Below the pieces are notes generated by a model. The model saw nothing but the letters and a program-made list of their open reading frames with translations. It had not been told where the DNA came from and made no database searches. Below, one piece after another: positions 1-9,783 of a stretch of 53,383 bases of DNA. A program made the translations under genes and the position numbers. The stretch comes from Clostridia bacterium (GTDB taxonomy: Bacteria; Bacillota; Clostridia; Lachnospirales; Anaerotignaceae), in contig JAQXNZ010000158.1 in the NCBI GenBank assembly GCA_029098265.1, positions 1-53,383 on the forward strand, in the 5' to 3' direction. Position 1 is the first letter of the stretch; the number at the start of each line of letters is the position of its first letter.

Positions 1-95
1 TCTCTAAAACCAAGGTGGTTATCTCGCAGATCCATTATAACCGATATCTTGAATTCTGCACTATACTTTCTTTGTTTTTGTCCCTTTTTCGCCAT

Positions 96-139
96 AAAAA
101 TATGCACCTCCAAAAGAGTCTAACTTTTGGGGTGCATAT
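96..139 (-). terminator. Hairpin ATATGCACC..CAAAAG/CTTTTG..GGTGCATAT followed by a U-run on the minus strand; terminator of the hydrolase gene
   Basis: Inverted repeat at 100-139 about 25 nt after the stop at 164; AAAAA at 96-100 gives the U-tract on the minus strand. Confidence 0.7.
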
Positions 140-163
140 CAAAATGCTCTGCCGCCTATGTAT

Positions 164-1129
164 TTATTTAGAAAGACTGTATTTTTCAAGGAAGCTCTTT
201 AAGCCCTCCATGCATCTGTCCTCATCCATTATGAAGCTCTTTCCATGCTCTGCACCGGGAACCGTGATTATTTCTTTTTCTGTAGGGCAGGCATCGTAAT
301 TTCTTATGGAGCATTCGCAGGGAACAAACGCATCGTTCTCGCCGTGTACAAACAGATAGGGAACTTTAGCTTTCTGAAGCTCCAGTGTAGTGTCAAATTC
401 CTTAAGGGAGAAGCCTGCCTTTGATTTGCACATTCCGTTTGCTATGGGAACAAGTAAAAATTTAGGTATAGGCAGTTTTCCGAAAACATGCTTAAATTCG
501 CCTATAATGCTGTTATATCCGCAGTCGGCAAGCACACATTCCAGTCCGTCGGGCATATCTGGTAGGCATGAAGCCAGTATAGCCGATGTACAGCCCATTG
601 ATATTCCGCAGAGGATAAACTTGTGGTCTTTGCCGAACCTGTCTGTAAGCCATCTGCACCAGTCAAGCACGTCATATCTTTCCTTGGAACCAAAGGTTAT
701 ATATTCTCCGCCGCTGGCACCGTGGGCTCTCTGGTCAAGCAGAAGCAGGTCATATCCCAACTCATAAAAAGCCCTTCCTCCGATACTGAAATCCAGCTCG
801 GGGAGGCTTTTATATCCATGCACAAGTATGGCGGTTTTTCCGTTTGCGCTGTTGTTTTTATAGTACTTGGCGCAAAGCTTGATACCGTCCCTTGATGTTA
901 TGGATACATCCTCATGCTCGGTGGTTCTGAACCATTCAATATTTGCCCTTATTTTCTGCACCTTGTCCCTCTGCCCAGACTTGTCAAGGGAATATATTAT
1001 TTTCTTGAGGTCCTGGGTGTCAAATTGCTCTCTGCGGGCAAAATTTTTGAATACATTGCCTGTCATAAAATACACACTTATAAAATATACGATTATAAGT
1101 ACTACTGCAATTATTATAAACTTATTCAT
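164..1129 (-). CDS. Membrane-anchored alpha/beta hydrolase (YqkD-like)
   Basis: N-terminal hydrophobic helix; HGY oxyanion motif, DQRAHGASGG, nucleophile GISMG, HGENDAFVP, GAEH; AGGAGG RBS. Confidence 0.85.
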   Translation of the reverse strand: MNKFIIIAVVLIIVYFISVYFMTGNVFKNFARREQFDTQDLKKIIYSLDKSGQRDKVQKIRANIEWFRTTEHEDVSITSRDGIKLCAKYYKNNSANGKTAILVHGYKSLPELDFSIGGRAFYELGYDLLLLDQRAHGASGGEYITFGSKERYDVLDWCRWLTDRFGKDHKFILCGISMGCTSAILASCLPDMPDGLECVLADCGYNSIIGEFKHVFGKLPIPKFLLVPIANGMCKSKAGFSLKEFDTTLELQKAKVPYLFVHGENDAFVPCECSIRNYDACPTEKEIITVPGAEHGKSFIMDEDRCMEGLKSFLEKYSLSK

Positions 1130-1326
1130 TTTTATCCTCCTTCGGGTTTAAATTAAGTCCGCTGTTTTGCGGCTTACCATATTAATTTTAATTATATCAC
1201 AAAATTCACGGCAATGAACAAAATTTTATATTATGCCGTCAAACAAAATAATGTGCATATCATTACCCATATTTTGTAACTTTTAGCCTATATCGTTTAT
1301 TTTACGACAAAAAGCTCTGTAATAAT

Positions 1327-1370
1327 AAAAGCAGGCGCCGACTGTCTGACTGTCTAACACCTGCTCTTTT
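1327..1370 (-). terminator. Intrinsic terminator of rqcH
   Basis: Minus strand reads AGCAGGTGTTAGAC...GTCGGCGCCTGCT then TTTT, just after the stop at 1385. Confidence 0.7.
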
Positions 1371-1384
1371 ATTCTATCACTGTC

Positions 1385-3157
1385 TTACTGCCCTCTGTAT
1401 TCAAGCCTTTCTGTAAGCGCTTCATCGGGGTCTGCATAAATTGTCCTGTTTTTCTCGTATATGACCATGCCCGGTTTGGCTCCTCCGGGCTTTTTGACAT
1501 TTTTTCTGGCTGTGTAATCCACTGGAACCTTGGACGAATCCTTTGCTCTGGAATTGGTTGCCGCAATTACGGCCGCCTCATACAGTGTTCTGTCAGGCAC
1601 TTCCTTTCCTCCGCACTGGATTATTACATGGGAGCCGGGAATATTTTTAGTATGAAGCCATATATCGTCGTAGGCCGCAAAGCGCAGTGTCAGCTCATCG
1701 TTCTGGGTGTTGCTTTTTCCTGCGTATATGTCAAAGCCGTCCGATGAAATAAAATGCATGGGCTTTGCCTTTTTTGCGGCTCTTATCTTTTCTTTGGGCT
1801 GTTTTTTTGCCTTTATATAGCCCTCGGCAGCCAGCTCCGACTTTATTTCATTTATATCACTGTCGTCCTCGGCGGATTCTATGGCAGATAATACACTCTC
1901 GAGATAGCTCAGCTCTTCCTCGGTCTGTTTTTTCTGCACAGACGCCGCCGCTCTGGTACGCTTTGCCTTGTTATATTTGGCGTAATACCTGTTGGCATTT
2001 TCCGAAGCCGTAAGCAGAGGGTCAAGCTTTATTTCCATCTCAGGCATATCTTCTTCATAATAATTGAGTGCGGTAAACCTGTCGGCTCTTTCTGCAATGG
2101 AGTATATGTTTGCGGTGATAAGCTCTCCGCAAAGCCTGTAATAGTCCCTGTTTTCGGTATCCCTTATGGCCTTTATCTGTATATCCAGCTTTTTGGAGCA
2201 TCTTTCTATATTGGAAAGAACAACTCGTCTTATATCATGGGCTTTTTGCTTTACATGATACTGGTTATCTTTTTTGGAATAGAATTCCTCAAGCAATGCG
2301 GAAAACGAGTCAAAGGGTTTCTTCTTCATGCCCGAATACTGCTCTGAAGTCAGTGAAAAGAAATCGACTACAGCATCATTTTTGTCATATACAATATGCG
2401 GTGTAAACCTGCCCTCCCTGACAGCTGCCATGTCAGATGAAAAGCTGTCATAAAGCCTGTGTGTTTTTGCTTCGTCAAGCTGTTCGGCTCTTTCGGAGGA
2501 ATCCAGACCTGCTTTAAAGCATATCTCCGAGGCGTATGCAGGGCTTATTCCCGTGTAGTTTTTGTATATAAGTGCCTGAAGTGTCTGCCCAGGGGCTTTG
2601 AGAGCCTTATCGGCAAAGCCTTCATAATCCGGATTCATCGGGTTGGTCTTATTCTGTGACGGCGGAAACTCGTATTTTCCTCCGGGAAGAACCTCCCTGA
2701 CAGAGCTTTTATCGTGGCTGACATGCTTTATGGAGTCCAGTATTCTGCCGTTTTCATCAGTCAGTATAATGTTTGAGTATTTGCCCATGAACTCGGCAAT
2801 TATATGCTTTATGCCTAAGTCACCCATTTCATTCATGCTTTCCACATCTATTATTATAATTCTTTCAAAATCCGGCTGGCGGATATCCAGTATTCTGCCG
2901 CCCGCAATGTGTTTTCTGAGCACCATGCAGAACATGGGTGCCGTAACGGGATTTTCTTTTTTGATTTCCGTTATGTGTATTCTCGGGTTCATGGAGTTTG
3001 CCGAAAGCAGAACTTTGAAATTGCCCTCTCTTACGGAGCGCACCGAAAATATTATTTCATCATTGCGGGGCTGATATATTTTGTCTATCCTGCCTCCTGT
3101 GAATTTTTCCTTAAGCTCGTAAACTATATTAGCTACGGCAATGCCGTCGTAAGCCAA
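1385..3157 (-). CDS. rqcH: Ribosome quality-control protein RqcH (NFACT/FbpA family)
   Basis: MAYDG start, GRIDKIYQP, PMFCMVLRKH, EFMGKYSNIIL, coiled-coil middle, C-terminal NFACT-R motifs GKSNTQND, WLHTKNIPGSHVII, KPGGAKPGMV. Confidence 0.95.
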   Translation of the reverse strand: MAYDGIAVANIVYELKEKFTGGRIDKIYQPRNDEIIFSVRSVREGNFKVLLSANSMNPRIHITEIKKENPVTAPMFCMVLRKHIAGGRILDIRQPDFERIIIIDVESMNEMGDLGIKHIIAEFMGKYSNIILTDENGRILDSIKHVSHDKSSVREVLPGGKYEFPPSQNKTNPMNPDYEGFADKALKAPGQTLQALIYKNYTGISPAYASEICFKAGLDSSERAEQLDEAKTHRLYDSFSSDMAAVREGRFTPHIVYDKNDAVVDFFSLTSEQYSGMKKKPFDSFSALLEEFYSKKDNQYHVKQKAHDIRRVVLSNIERCSKKLDIQIKAIRDTENRDYYRLCGELITANIYSIAERADRFTALNYYEEDMPEMEIKLDPLLTASENANRYYAKYNKAKRTRAAASVQKKQTEEELSYLESVLSAIESAEDDSDINEIKSELAAEGYIKAKKQPKEKIRAAKKAKPMHFISSDGFDIYAGKSNTQNDELTLRFAAYDDIWLHTKNIPGSHVIIQCGGKEVPDRTLYEAAVIAATNSRAKDSSKVPVDYTARKNVKKPGGAKPGMVIYEKNRTIYADPDEALTERLEYRGQ

Positions 3158-3271
3158 TCAAATCACCTTCCAATCTGTTTTTGGCACAAGTACATAAAAT
3201 AAGGCCCGTTTGCCTTTCCGTAGGAAACGGCAGATGCGGACCCGAATATGGCTGACCTTATGCCGATATGA

Positions 3272-3781
3272 TTAAACCTCGTTTGTATAAACATCACTGA
3301 GATAAATCTGTTCAAGAAGCTGTCTGCCCTTTTTAGTCTTAAAGAGCCTTTCGCCTATCATACGAATTCTTTCCTTATCCTCAACGTGCTTATCATAAAT
3401 ATTCACCAGTGTATCGGCTTCTATAACCGCCTGGAAATCCATGCCGTCAATGGCGCTGAGGGTATGATGATGACCGACAATATAGCATACTCTGTCTATA
3501 ATCCAGCCGGGAACATGACATTCTTCAAGTATCTGCCTTGCTACAGGCACGCCTTCTATTTCCTGATATTTGCCGTCTATGGAATTATACTTTTTCTCAC
3601 AGTTATGCATACCGATATCATGGAGGATAGCGGCAAGCTCTGCTATTTTCTGATTGTTCTCGTCAAAGCCGTCTGCCTTGCCGATTATTCTTGCAAAAGT
3701 ATGTACTTTTATCAGATGCTGTATACGCGCGGGGTCATTTCCGTTATATTCCACTGCACGAACCAATACTCCGAAAACCAT
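3272..3781 (-). CDS. HD-domain phosphohydrolase (about 169 aa)
   Basis: H...LHDIG...HHH...EAD motifs; start moved to ATG 3781, which has a GGAGG RBS, instead of 3955. Confidence 0.85.
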   Translation of the reverse strand: MVFGVLVRAVEYNGNDPARIQHLIKVHTFARIIGKADGFDENNQKIAELAAILHDIGMHNCEKKYNSIDGKYQEIEGVPVARQILEECHVPGWIIDRVCYIVGHHHTLSAIDGMDFQAVIEADTLVNIYDKHVEDKERIRMIGERLFKTKKGRQLLEQIYLSDVYTNEV

Positions 3782-4107
3782 AAAAGCACCTCCAAAATAA
3801 ATAGTTATAAAAGGATTATATACCATTAAAGTCCTAATTGCAAGGGCGGCGGTTCTTAAAACATTTTGGACGGAAAGCTTAGACGCATAATCGGTATGCC
3901 GTTTAAAATTCCATACGGTACAGCTTGTGCCGTAATGCGTTAGGTACAGGCACATTTAATCTTCTTATAATGACAAAAGCCGCCGTTCTTTTTATGATAT
4001 TATGGTTTACTAAAGAAGAAAAATGATTTATAATAAAACGATATGAGCAGTGCTTACGGTTTTATGAGTACATAGAAAAGGACACGGGATTCGGATTTTT
4101 ATTTCAG

Positions 4108-5655
4108 GTGATGGATATGGCAGGGAGAACAAAAAAGAATACGAAATACAGCTCCGCTGCCGCAAATACAGCAAGGCGAGGTGAAAATGTACCTGCTCCG
4201 AGAAAAAGAAAGAGAAGGGGTTCGCCCATAAATGTGCTTACGCTCATACTGTTTGCGATAATCATGCTGTATCTTGTAAAGTATGCCGTTGACTTTGCAT
4301 CCGGAGGCTCCGACATCGGCATTGAGACGGTTGATTACGGAACCATTGACATACCGAAGTCATTTGACGGCATAGTTGTCAGAGACGAATATGTTGTTTC
4401 GGCAGCGAAAAGCGGAGAACCGTCCTTTAACTACGGCGAGGGAGATAAGATTAAGAAAAATGCCACCGTATGTACAATAATAGAGGGCGAAAACGCAAGA
4501 AAGGCTGAGGACAAGCTTCAGACCATTGACGAAAGCATCATTGAGACCCAAAAGAACCGCCTTGATATATCAAAATATAAGGACGATATTGTAAGAACGG
4601 AAAATGCCATAGACTCCGCTGTTTCCTCTGCACAGACGAGAATAGCTTCGGGAAGCTTTACCGATGTATATACACTGCGCTCGGCAGTACAGACACAGAT
4701 GGATTTGAGAACAGAGATATGGATAACCGAGAACAGCGAAAGCTCCGACTCCCTGGCTTCCCAGAGAAGAACCTATCAGACACAGCTTAACAACAGCACC
4801 GAAAACCTCGTTGCTTCCGAGGGCGGAATACTGGTTCTTTCCTGCGATGCACAGGAGGAAAAGTTTACGTCTGAAACGATGAGCGATATAACGCCGCAGG
4901 ATATAAAAAGCTCCTATGATATACAGTATCTTTCAAAGACCACTGGCGTAGAGGCAGGAAATCCCGTATTCAAAATAATTACCAATAATAAATGGTATAT
5001 ATGCGCCTACATTGACAGCTCCGTTGCCGCCGACTGGGAGGTCGGAGATAAAAAGACAATTAAGGCTTCCGTGGATAAGACCGAAAAATCCGTTGACGTG
5101 AAAATCAATAATATTACGCAGGGGGATACGGATACCTTTGTAATATTTGAGACGGATAAGAGCATACTGGATTTTCTAAGCGTTAGAAATATTGAATTTT
5201 ATATAACGGACAGTAGCTATCAGGGAATTAAGATTCCAAATACAGCCATAATCGAGAAAACCTTCATTAAAATACCTGTTGGCTGTGTCGTTGAAAGCCT
5301 GAGCGGCAAAAGCGTTGTTAAAAGGACGGACGGCAAAGATGAGCTTGTAAGCATAGATATTGAGTCCCAGGATGATGAGTACGCATATATCAGACAGGAC
5401 CTTGAAGCCCTTAAGATAGGCGATACGGTGCTCATGGGAACGGGTGAGACGGCAACGGAGTATAAGCTCAGTGAGGTATCCACCAAGGTCGGCGTGCTTA
5501 CAGCCAACGGCGCTTACGCAAAGTTCGCCGGTATAACCGTTTTGGGTCAAAACAGTGAATATACCATTGCTGACCCTTCGTCATCATCGCTTAAGGCCTA
5601 CGACAAAATAATAAGCATGGCCGAGGGCATGAATGAGGGCGACGAAATATATTAA
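4108..5655 (+). CDS. HlyD/membrane-fusion-protein-like adaptor, single TM anchor
   Basis: Basic N-tail, one TM helix, lipoyl-like half motifs (AAKSG..GEGDKIKK, ASEGG), long helical hairpin, beta-barrel-like C-part (GIKIPNTAI); sits directly upstream of yggS. Confidence 0.7.
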   Translation: MMDMAGRTKKNTKYSSAAANTARRGENVPAPRKRKRRGSPINVLTLILFAIIMLYLVKYAVDFASGGSDIGIETVDYGTIDIPKSFDGIVVRDEYVVSAAKSGEPSFNYGEGDKIKKNATVCTIIEGENARKAEDKLQTIDESIIETQKNRLDISKYKDDIVRTENAIDSAVSSAQTRIASGSFTDVYTLRSAVQTQMDLRTEIWITENSESSDSLASQRRTYQTQLNNSTENLVASEGGILVLSCDAQEEKFTSETMSDITPQDIKSSYDIQYLSKTTGVEAGNPVFKIITNNKWYICAYIDSSVAADWEVGDKKTIKASVDKTEKSVDVKINNITQGDTDTFVIFETDKSILDFLSVRNIEFYITDSSYQGIKIPNTAIIEKTFIKIPVGCVVESLSGKSVVKRTDGKDELVSIDIESQDDEYAYIRQDLEALKIGDTVLMGTGETATEYKLSEVSTKVGVLTANGAYAKFAGITVLGQNSEYTIADPSSSSLKAYDKIISMAEGMNEGDEIY

Positions 5656-5714
5656 GCTTATAATTAAATTTAAGATAAATAATGCGGGTTATGCCCGTAA
5701 GGAGGAAGTTACAA

Positions 5715-6425
5715 ATGAGTGAATACGGATTTGTATCCGAAAATATTGCAAATGTAAGGAAAAATGTTGAGGCCGCCGCCAAAAGAGCGGGACGTGACCC
5801 CAAGGAAATACTGCTTCTTGCGGTATCAAAGACAATGGAGGTGCCCAGAATAAAGGCTGCCGTTGAATGCGGACTTAATTCGCTGGGAGAAAACAGGGTT
5901 CAGGAGATAATGGAAAAGTATGAGCCTATGGGTCCCGATGTGAAGTGGCACCTTATAGGACACTTGCAGACCAACAAAGTTAAATATATAATAGACAAGG
6001 TTGAGCTTATCCATTCCGTAGAGAGCCTTAAGCTGGCGGAGGAAATAGACAAGCAGGCAAAAAAACACGGTCTTGTGGCTGATATCCTTGTTGAGATAAA
6101 TATGGCTAAAGAGGAGTCGAAATTCGGCATAATGCCTGAGGAGGCCGAAAGTTTTATTACAGAGCTGTCAAAGCTTGAGAATATCAGGGTAAGAGGTCTT
6201 ATGACGGTTGCTCCCTTTGTCGAAAATGCAGAGGATAACAGAGTTTATTTCAGGAATATGAAACAATTATTGGTTGACATTAACGCAAAAAAAATCAATA
6301 ATATAAACATGGACACTTTGTCTATGGGTATGACCGGAGACTATGAGGTTGCCATTGAGGAAGGTGCAACTATTGTAAGAGTAGGAACCGGTATATTCGG
6401 AAAAAGAGATTACGGCAATAAGTAA
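5715..6425 (+). CDS. yggS: PLP homeostasis protein YggS/YlmE
   Basis: LAVSK (PLP lysine), GENRVQE, WHLIGHLQTNKVK, LSMGMTGDY, VRVGTGIFG; start at 5715 after GGAGG. Confidence 0.97.
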   Translation: MSEYGFVSENIANVRKNVEAAAKRAGRDPKEILLLAVSKTMEVPRIKAAVECGLNSLGENRVQEIMEKYEPMGPDVKWHLIGHLQTNKVKYIIDKVELIHSVESLKLAEEIDKQAKKHGLVADILVEINMAKEESKFGIMPEEAESFITELSKLENIRVRGLMTVAPFVENAEDNRVYFRNMKQLLVDINAKKINNINMDTLSMGMTGDYEVAIEEGATIVRVGTGIFGKRDYGNK

Positions 6426-6553
6426 TAAATACATAATTAAACGGCGCCGTGAAGACTGCGGAAATGACAGCAGGGATATTTACTCTGCGGATTGCGTCCG
6501 TATACCGACGGCGATATTGAGCCAAAAATTTAACCATAAATATTTAGGAGGAA

Positions 6554-7093
6554 ATGGCTGTGGCAAAGTTTGTAGACAAAATCAAGGATTTTATTGCAGG
6601 ACCCTATGACGATGAATATGAAGACGATTATGACGATTACGAAGAGGAGGAAGAATACGAAGCTTACCGTCCCCGCACAAGAGAAAAGAAGGAACTGCCT
6701 GTGCGCGAGACAAGGGAAAGCGTTGATTATTCTGCATCCAGGTCTTCGAGAAAAGCTCAGGCACAGCCGCAGGTGGTTGATTTCAAGAGCAGCAATACCC
6801 AGCAGGTAGTTATAATGAAGCCCGAGTGCTACGAGGACGCCCAGGGTATATGCGACAACATCAAGGCAAAAAGACCCGTTGTTGTCAACCTTGAAAAGGT
6901 AGAGTATCCTGTTGCACAGAGAATTATGGATTTCTTAAGCGGAACCTGCTATTCTCTTGACGGTTCAATTCAGAGAGTATCAAGCAACATATTTATTATT
7001 GCTCCCGTTAATTTTGATATTTCCAGTGACACAAGGGAAGAACCCAAGCTTAACAAAAGCGTTATTCTTCCTTGGGCAAGTCAGGGAAAATAA
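6554..7093 (+). CDS. sepF: Cell division protein SepF
   Basis: Amphipathic N-terminus, acidic linker, PVVVNLE..AQRIMDFLSG..YSLDGSIQRV core; true start may be GTG 6560. Confidence 0.95.
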   Translation: MAVAKFVDKIKDFIAGPYDDEYEDDYDDYEEEEEYEAYRPRTREKKELPVRETRESVDYSASRSSRKAQAQPQVVDFKSSNTQQVVIMKPECYEDAQGICDNIKAKRPVVVNLEKVEYPVAQRIMDFLSGTCYSLDGSIQRVSSNIFIIAPVNFDISSDTREEPKLNKSVILPWASQGK

Positions 7094-7111
7094 GTGAAAC
7101 GGAGGTGCGTT

Positions 7112-7390
7112 ATGGCATCATTGCTTACTGACGCTGTCAACGTATTTTTCAGACTTTTGTACTATCTTATTCTGATAAGAGTATTTTTGTCATGGCTTCC
7201 GGGGCTGAGATACTCAGCCGTAGGACGTGCAGTTTATAATCTGACAGAGCCTGTGCTGGGTCCTGCCAGAAGAATGCTGGACAAATCGCCGCTGGGCGGC
7301 GGCATGATGGTGGATTTTTCACCGGTCATTGCCCTGTTCATGCTTGAAATAGTGCAGACAATACTTCTCTATGTTATCGGAATGTTTTGA
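7112..7390 (+). CDS. yggT: YggT/YlmG membrane protein
   Basis: RVFLSW, LTEPVLGPARR, DFSPVIA motifs; GGAGG RBS before ATG 7112. Confidence 0.93.
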   Translation: MASLLTDAVNVFFRLLYYLILIRVFLSWLPGLRYSAVGRAVYNLTEPVLGPARRMLDKSPLGGGMMVDFSPVIALFMLEIVQTILLYVIGMF

Positions 7391-7403
7391 GAGGACGAAA
7401 GTT

Positions 7404-8192
7404 TTGGATAAACAAGCTATATTAAGAAGTTATTCTCAGCCTGATGAAAAGCTTTTGCTGGCGAAAGTCTTGGATCAGGCTGATTTAAGTTTAAAGAAGC
7501 ATATTGTATGCTTCACGGATTTTCTTGATCCTGCCATGTGCGCAAAGGTCACTACTATGCTTAAGGGCATAAGGGACTTGGACTTTCGGGCCTTCGGCGG
7601 ATATGAGGAGGCCGAGAGGAAAATGATAGCCATGTATCCCGACTATCTGGATGCGGAGGACATTGTTTTTCCTATGGCAGCCGTAACAATAAGCTATGTC
7701 AGCAGGTTTTCCTCCGAGCTGTCCCACAGGGATTATCTGGGCTCGGTGCTGGGAATGGGTATAGAAAGAAGCCGAGTGGGAGACATAGCCGTGCTTGAGG
7801 GCTCGGCAGTATGCTTTGCCAAGGAGGATATTGCGGATTATATAGTGTCCGGTCTGGAAAGGGTAGGACATACCAAGGTAAAGACCAAAAGGACAGATAT
7901 ATCCGAAGTTAAACTGCCTGAAAAGAAAATGGATATTAAAAATGTTACCGTATCATCGCTGAGAGCGGATACGGTTTTTGGTGCAGTATTCCAAAAGTCC
8001 AGAAGCGAGACCCAGGAGCTGATAAAGGGTGAAAAAGCGTCGATAAACTGGACAGAGGTGAAAAGCGTGTCGGATACCGTTAAGGAGGGCGACATACTTT
8101 CTCTTAAGGGAAGCGGCAGAGGAAAGCTGATAGAGGTCGGCGGAACGACAAAGAAAGGACGTCTTGTTATAACCGTGGGACGTTATGTATAG
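7404..8192 (+). CDS. ylmH: YlmH S4-domain RNA-binding protein
   Basis: TDFLDP, GGYEEAER, LSHRDYLGS, VSSLRAD, S4-like GDILSLKGSGR; likely TTG start at 7404 (track start 7371). Confidence 0.92.
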   Translation: MDKQAILRSYSQPDEKLLLAKVLDQADLSLKKHIVCFTDFLDPAMCAKVTTMLKGIRDLDFRAFGGYEEAERKMIAMYPDYLDAEDIVFPMAAVTISYVSRFSSELSHRDYLGSVLGMGIERSRVGDIAVLEGSAVCFAKEDIADYIVSGLERVGHTKVKTKRTDISEVKLPEKKMDIKNVTVSSLRADTVFGAVFQKSRSETQELIKGEKASINWTEVKSVSDTVKEGDILSLKGSGRGKLIEVGGTTKKGRLVITVGRYV

Positions 8193-8201
8193 GAGGAAGC
8201 T

Positions 8202-9287
8202 ATGGAAAATATTAAAGTAGATACCGGAAGTACGGCATATCCCATATACTTTACGGAAAGCTTTGAAGGGCTTGCAGAGGCGGCGGAGAAATGCGGATAC
8301 AAAGGAAGAAAGCTTTGTATCGTGTCCGACAGCAATGTGGCGCCCATATATGCCAAAAAGGTAAGTGAAGCACTCAAAGGCGTATTTTCCGAAATAAAGG
8401 TATGTATCTTCAAGGCCGGCGAAAAGAGCAAGACCCTAGATACGATAAAGGGCTTTTATGATTTCCTGCTGGAAAACAAATTTGACAGAAAAAGCGTTAT
8501 CGCTGGTCTCGGCGGCGGTGTTACGGGAGATATGGCAGGCTTTGCGGCGGCTACGTTTATGAGGGGAGTTGACTTCGTACAGATACCGACCACATTGCTT
8601 GCACAGGTGGACAGCAGCGTCGGCGGAAAGGTCGGCGTGGACTACGGCAGCTATAAGAATGTTGTCGGCGCTTTCTATCAGCCCAAGTTTGTATATATCA
8701 ATACGTCAACCATTGATACACTGCCTAAAAGGGAGTTTTCCGCAGGTATGGCGGAGGTCATAAAATACGGAATAATACAGTCTGAAGATTTTTATGACTA
8801 TCTTAAAATAAATAAAGAGAAGATAAAGGCGCATGATAAGGAATGTCTTACGCACATAATACGCTCCTGCTGTGAGATGAAGGCCGTTGTTGTGGGTGAG
8901 GACGAGCATGACACGGGTCTTAGGGAAATACTCAACTACGGTCATACAATCGGACATGCCGTTGAGGGTTTAAAGGAATTTGAGCTTATACACGGAGAGT
9001 GCGTTTCCATAGGCATGGCGGCGGTAATGGATATATCCGAAAAGCGGGGTATGGTATCGGCTGATGACGTGGCAGAGCTTAAAGGGCTTCTCAGATATTT
9101 TGACCTGCCCGTATCCGTAGGCGGACTTAAGGCAGAGGATGTATATGAACAGCTTTTCCATGATAAAAAGGTAAGCTCGGGTAAGCTTAAGTTTGTACTT
9201 GCCGACGGCATAGGAAAGACATTAAGGACGTCCGAGGTGTCAAAGGAAGAAGTCATGGGAGCTGTAAATGCGGTTTTAGAGGGTTAA
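8202..9287 (+). CDS. aroB: 3-dehydroquinate synthase
   Basis: GEKSK, GGGVTGD, PTTLLAQVDSSVGGK, LNYGHTIGHAVE, HGECV. Confidence 0.97.
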   Translation: MENIKVDTGSTAYPIYFTESFEGLAEAAEKCGYKGRKLCIVSDSNVAPIYAKKVSEALKGVFSEIKVCIFKAGEKSKTLDTIKGFYDFLLENKFDRKSVIAGLGGGVTGDMAGFAAATFMRGVDFVQIPTTLLAQVDSSVGGKVGVDYGSYKNVVGAFYQPKFVYINTSTIDTLPKREFSAGMAEVIKYGIIQSEDFYDYLKINKEKIKAHDKECLTHIIRSCCEMKAVVVGEDEHDTGLREILNYGHTIGHAVEGLKEFELIHGECVSIGMAAVMDISEKRGMVSADDVAELKGLLRYFDLPVSVGGLKAEDVYEQLFHDKKVSSGKLKFVLADGIGKTLRTSEVSKEEVMGAVNAVLEG

Positions 9288-9291
9288 GAAT

Positions 9292-9783
9292 ATGATAATA
9301 CCGATTATACTGGCGGCGGTGCTAATCGCCGTTGACCAGATAACAAAATATATTGCACTGACGAGGCTTAAACCCGTCGGAAATGTGACATTCATAAAGG
9401 GCTTCATGGATTTTACCTTTGTTGAGAACAGGGGAGCCGCTTTCGGCATACTGAACGGCAAGGTGTGGCTGCTGCTTATAGTGGCGGTTGTCATCTGTGC
9501 GGCAATAGTATACGCCATGAGAAAAATGCCCGATACAAAGGAATATGAGTGGCTTAAATGGACGCTTATGCTTATACTGGCGGGAGCGGTCGGCAATGTT
9601 ATTGACAGACTGTTCAGAGGCTATGTAGTTGACTTTTTTGAGTTTACATTCATTTCATGGCCCGTATTCAACATGGCGGACATATACGTCGTTGTGGGTA
9701 CGGTGCTTATGGCATTCATTGTGCTTTTTGTAATAAAGGACGACGATAAAAAGATTAAGGAAGATAAAGATGGAAAACAGTGA
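9292..9783 (+). CDS. lspA: Lipoprotein signal peptidase II
   Basis: DQITK, NRGAAFG, GAVGNVIDR, VVDF, PVFNMAD. Confidence 0.97.
   Translation: MIIPIILAAVLIAVDQITKYIALTRLKPVGNVTFIKGFMDFTFVENRGAAFGILNGKVWLLLIVAVVICAAIVYAMRKMPDTKEYEWLKWTLMLILAGAVGNVIDRLFRGYVVDFFEFTFISWPVFNMADIYVVVGTVLMAFIVLFVIKDDDKKIKEDKDGKQ

Noticed and set aside
3782-3955. 58-aa N-terminal extension of the HD protein
   Set aside because: ATG 3781 has a GGAGG RBS; the upstream part is divergent promoter DNA
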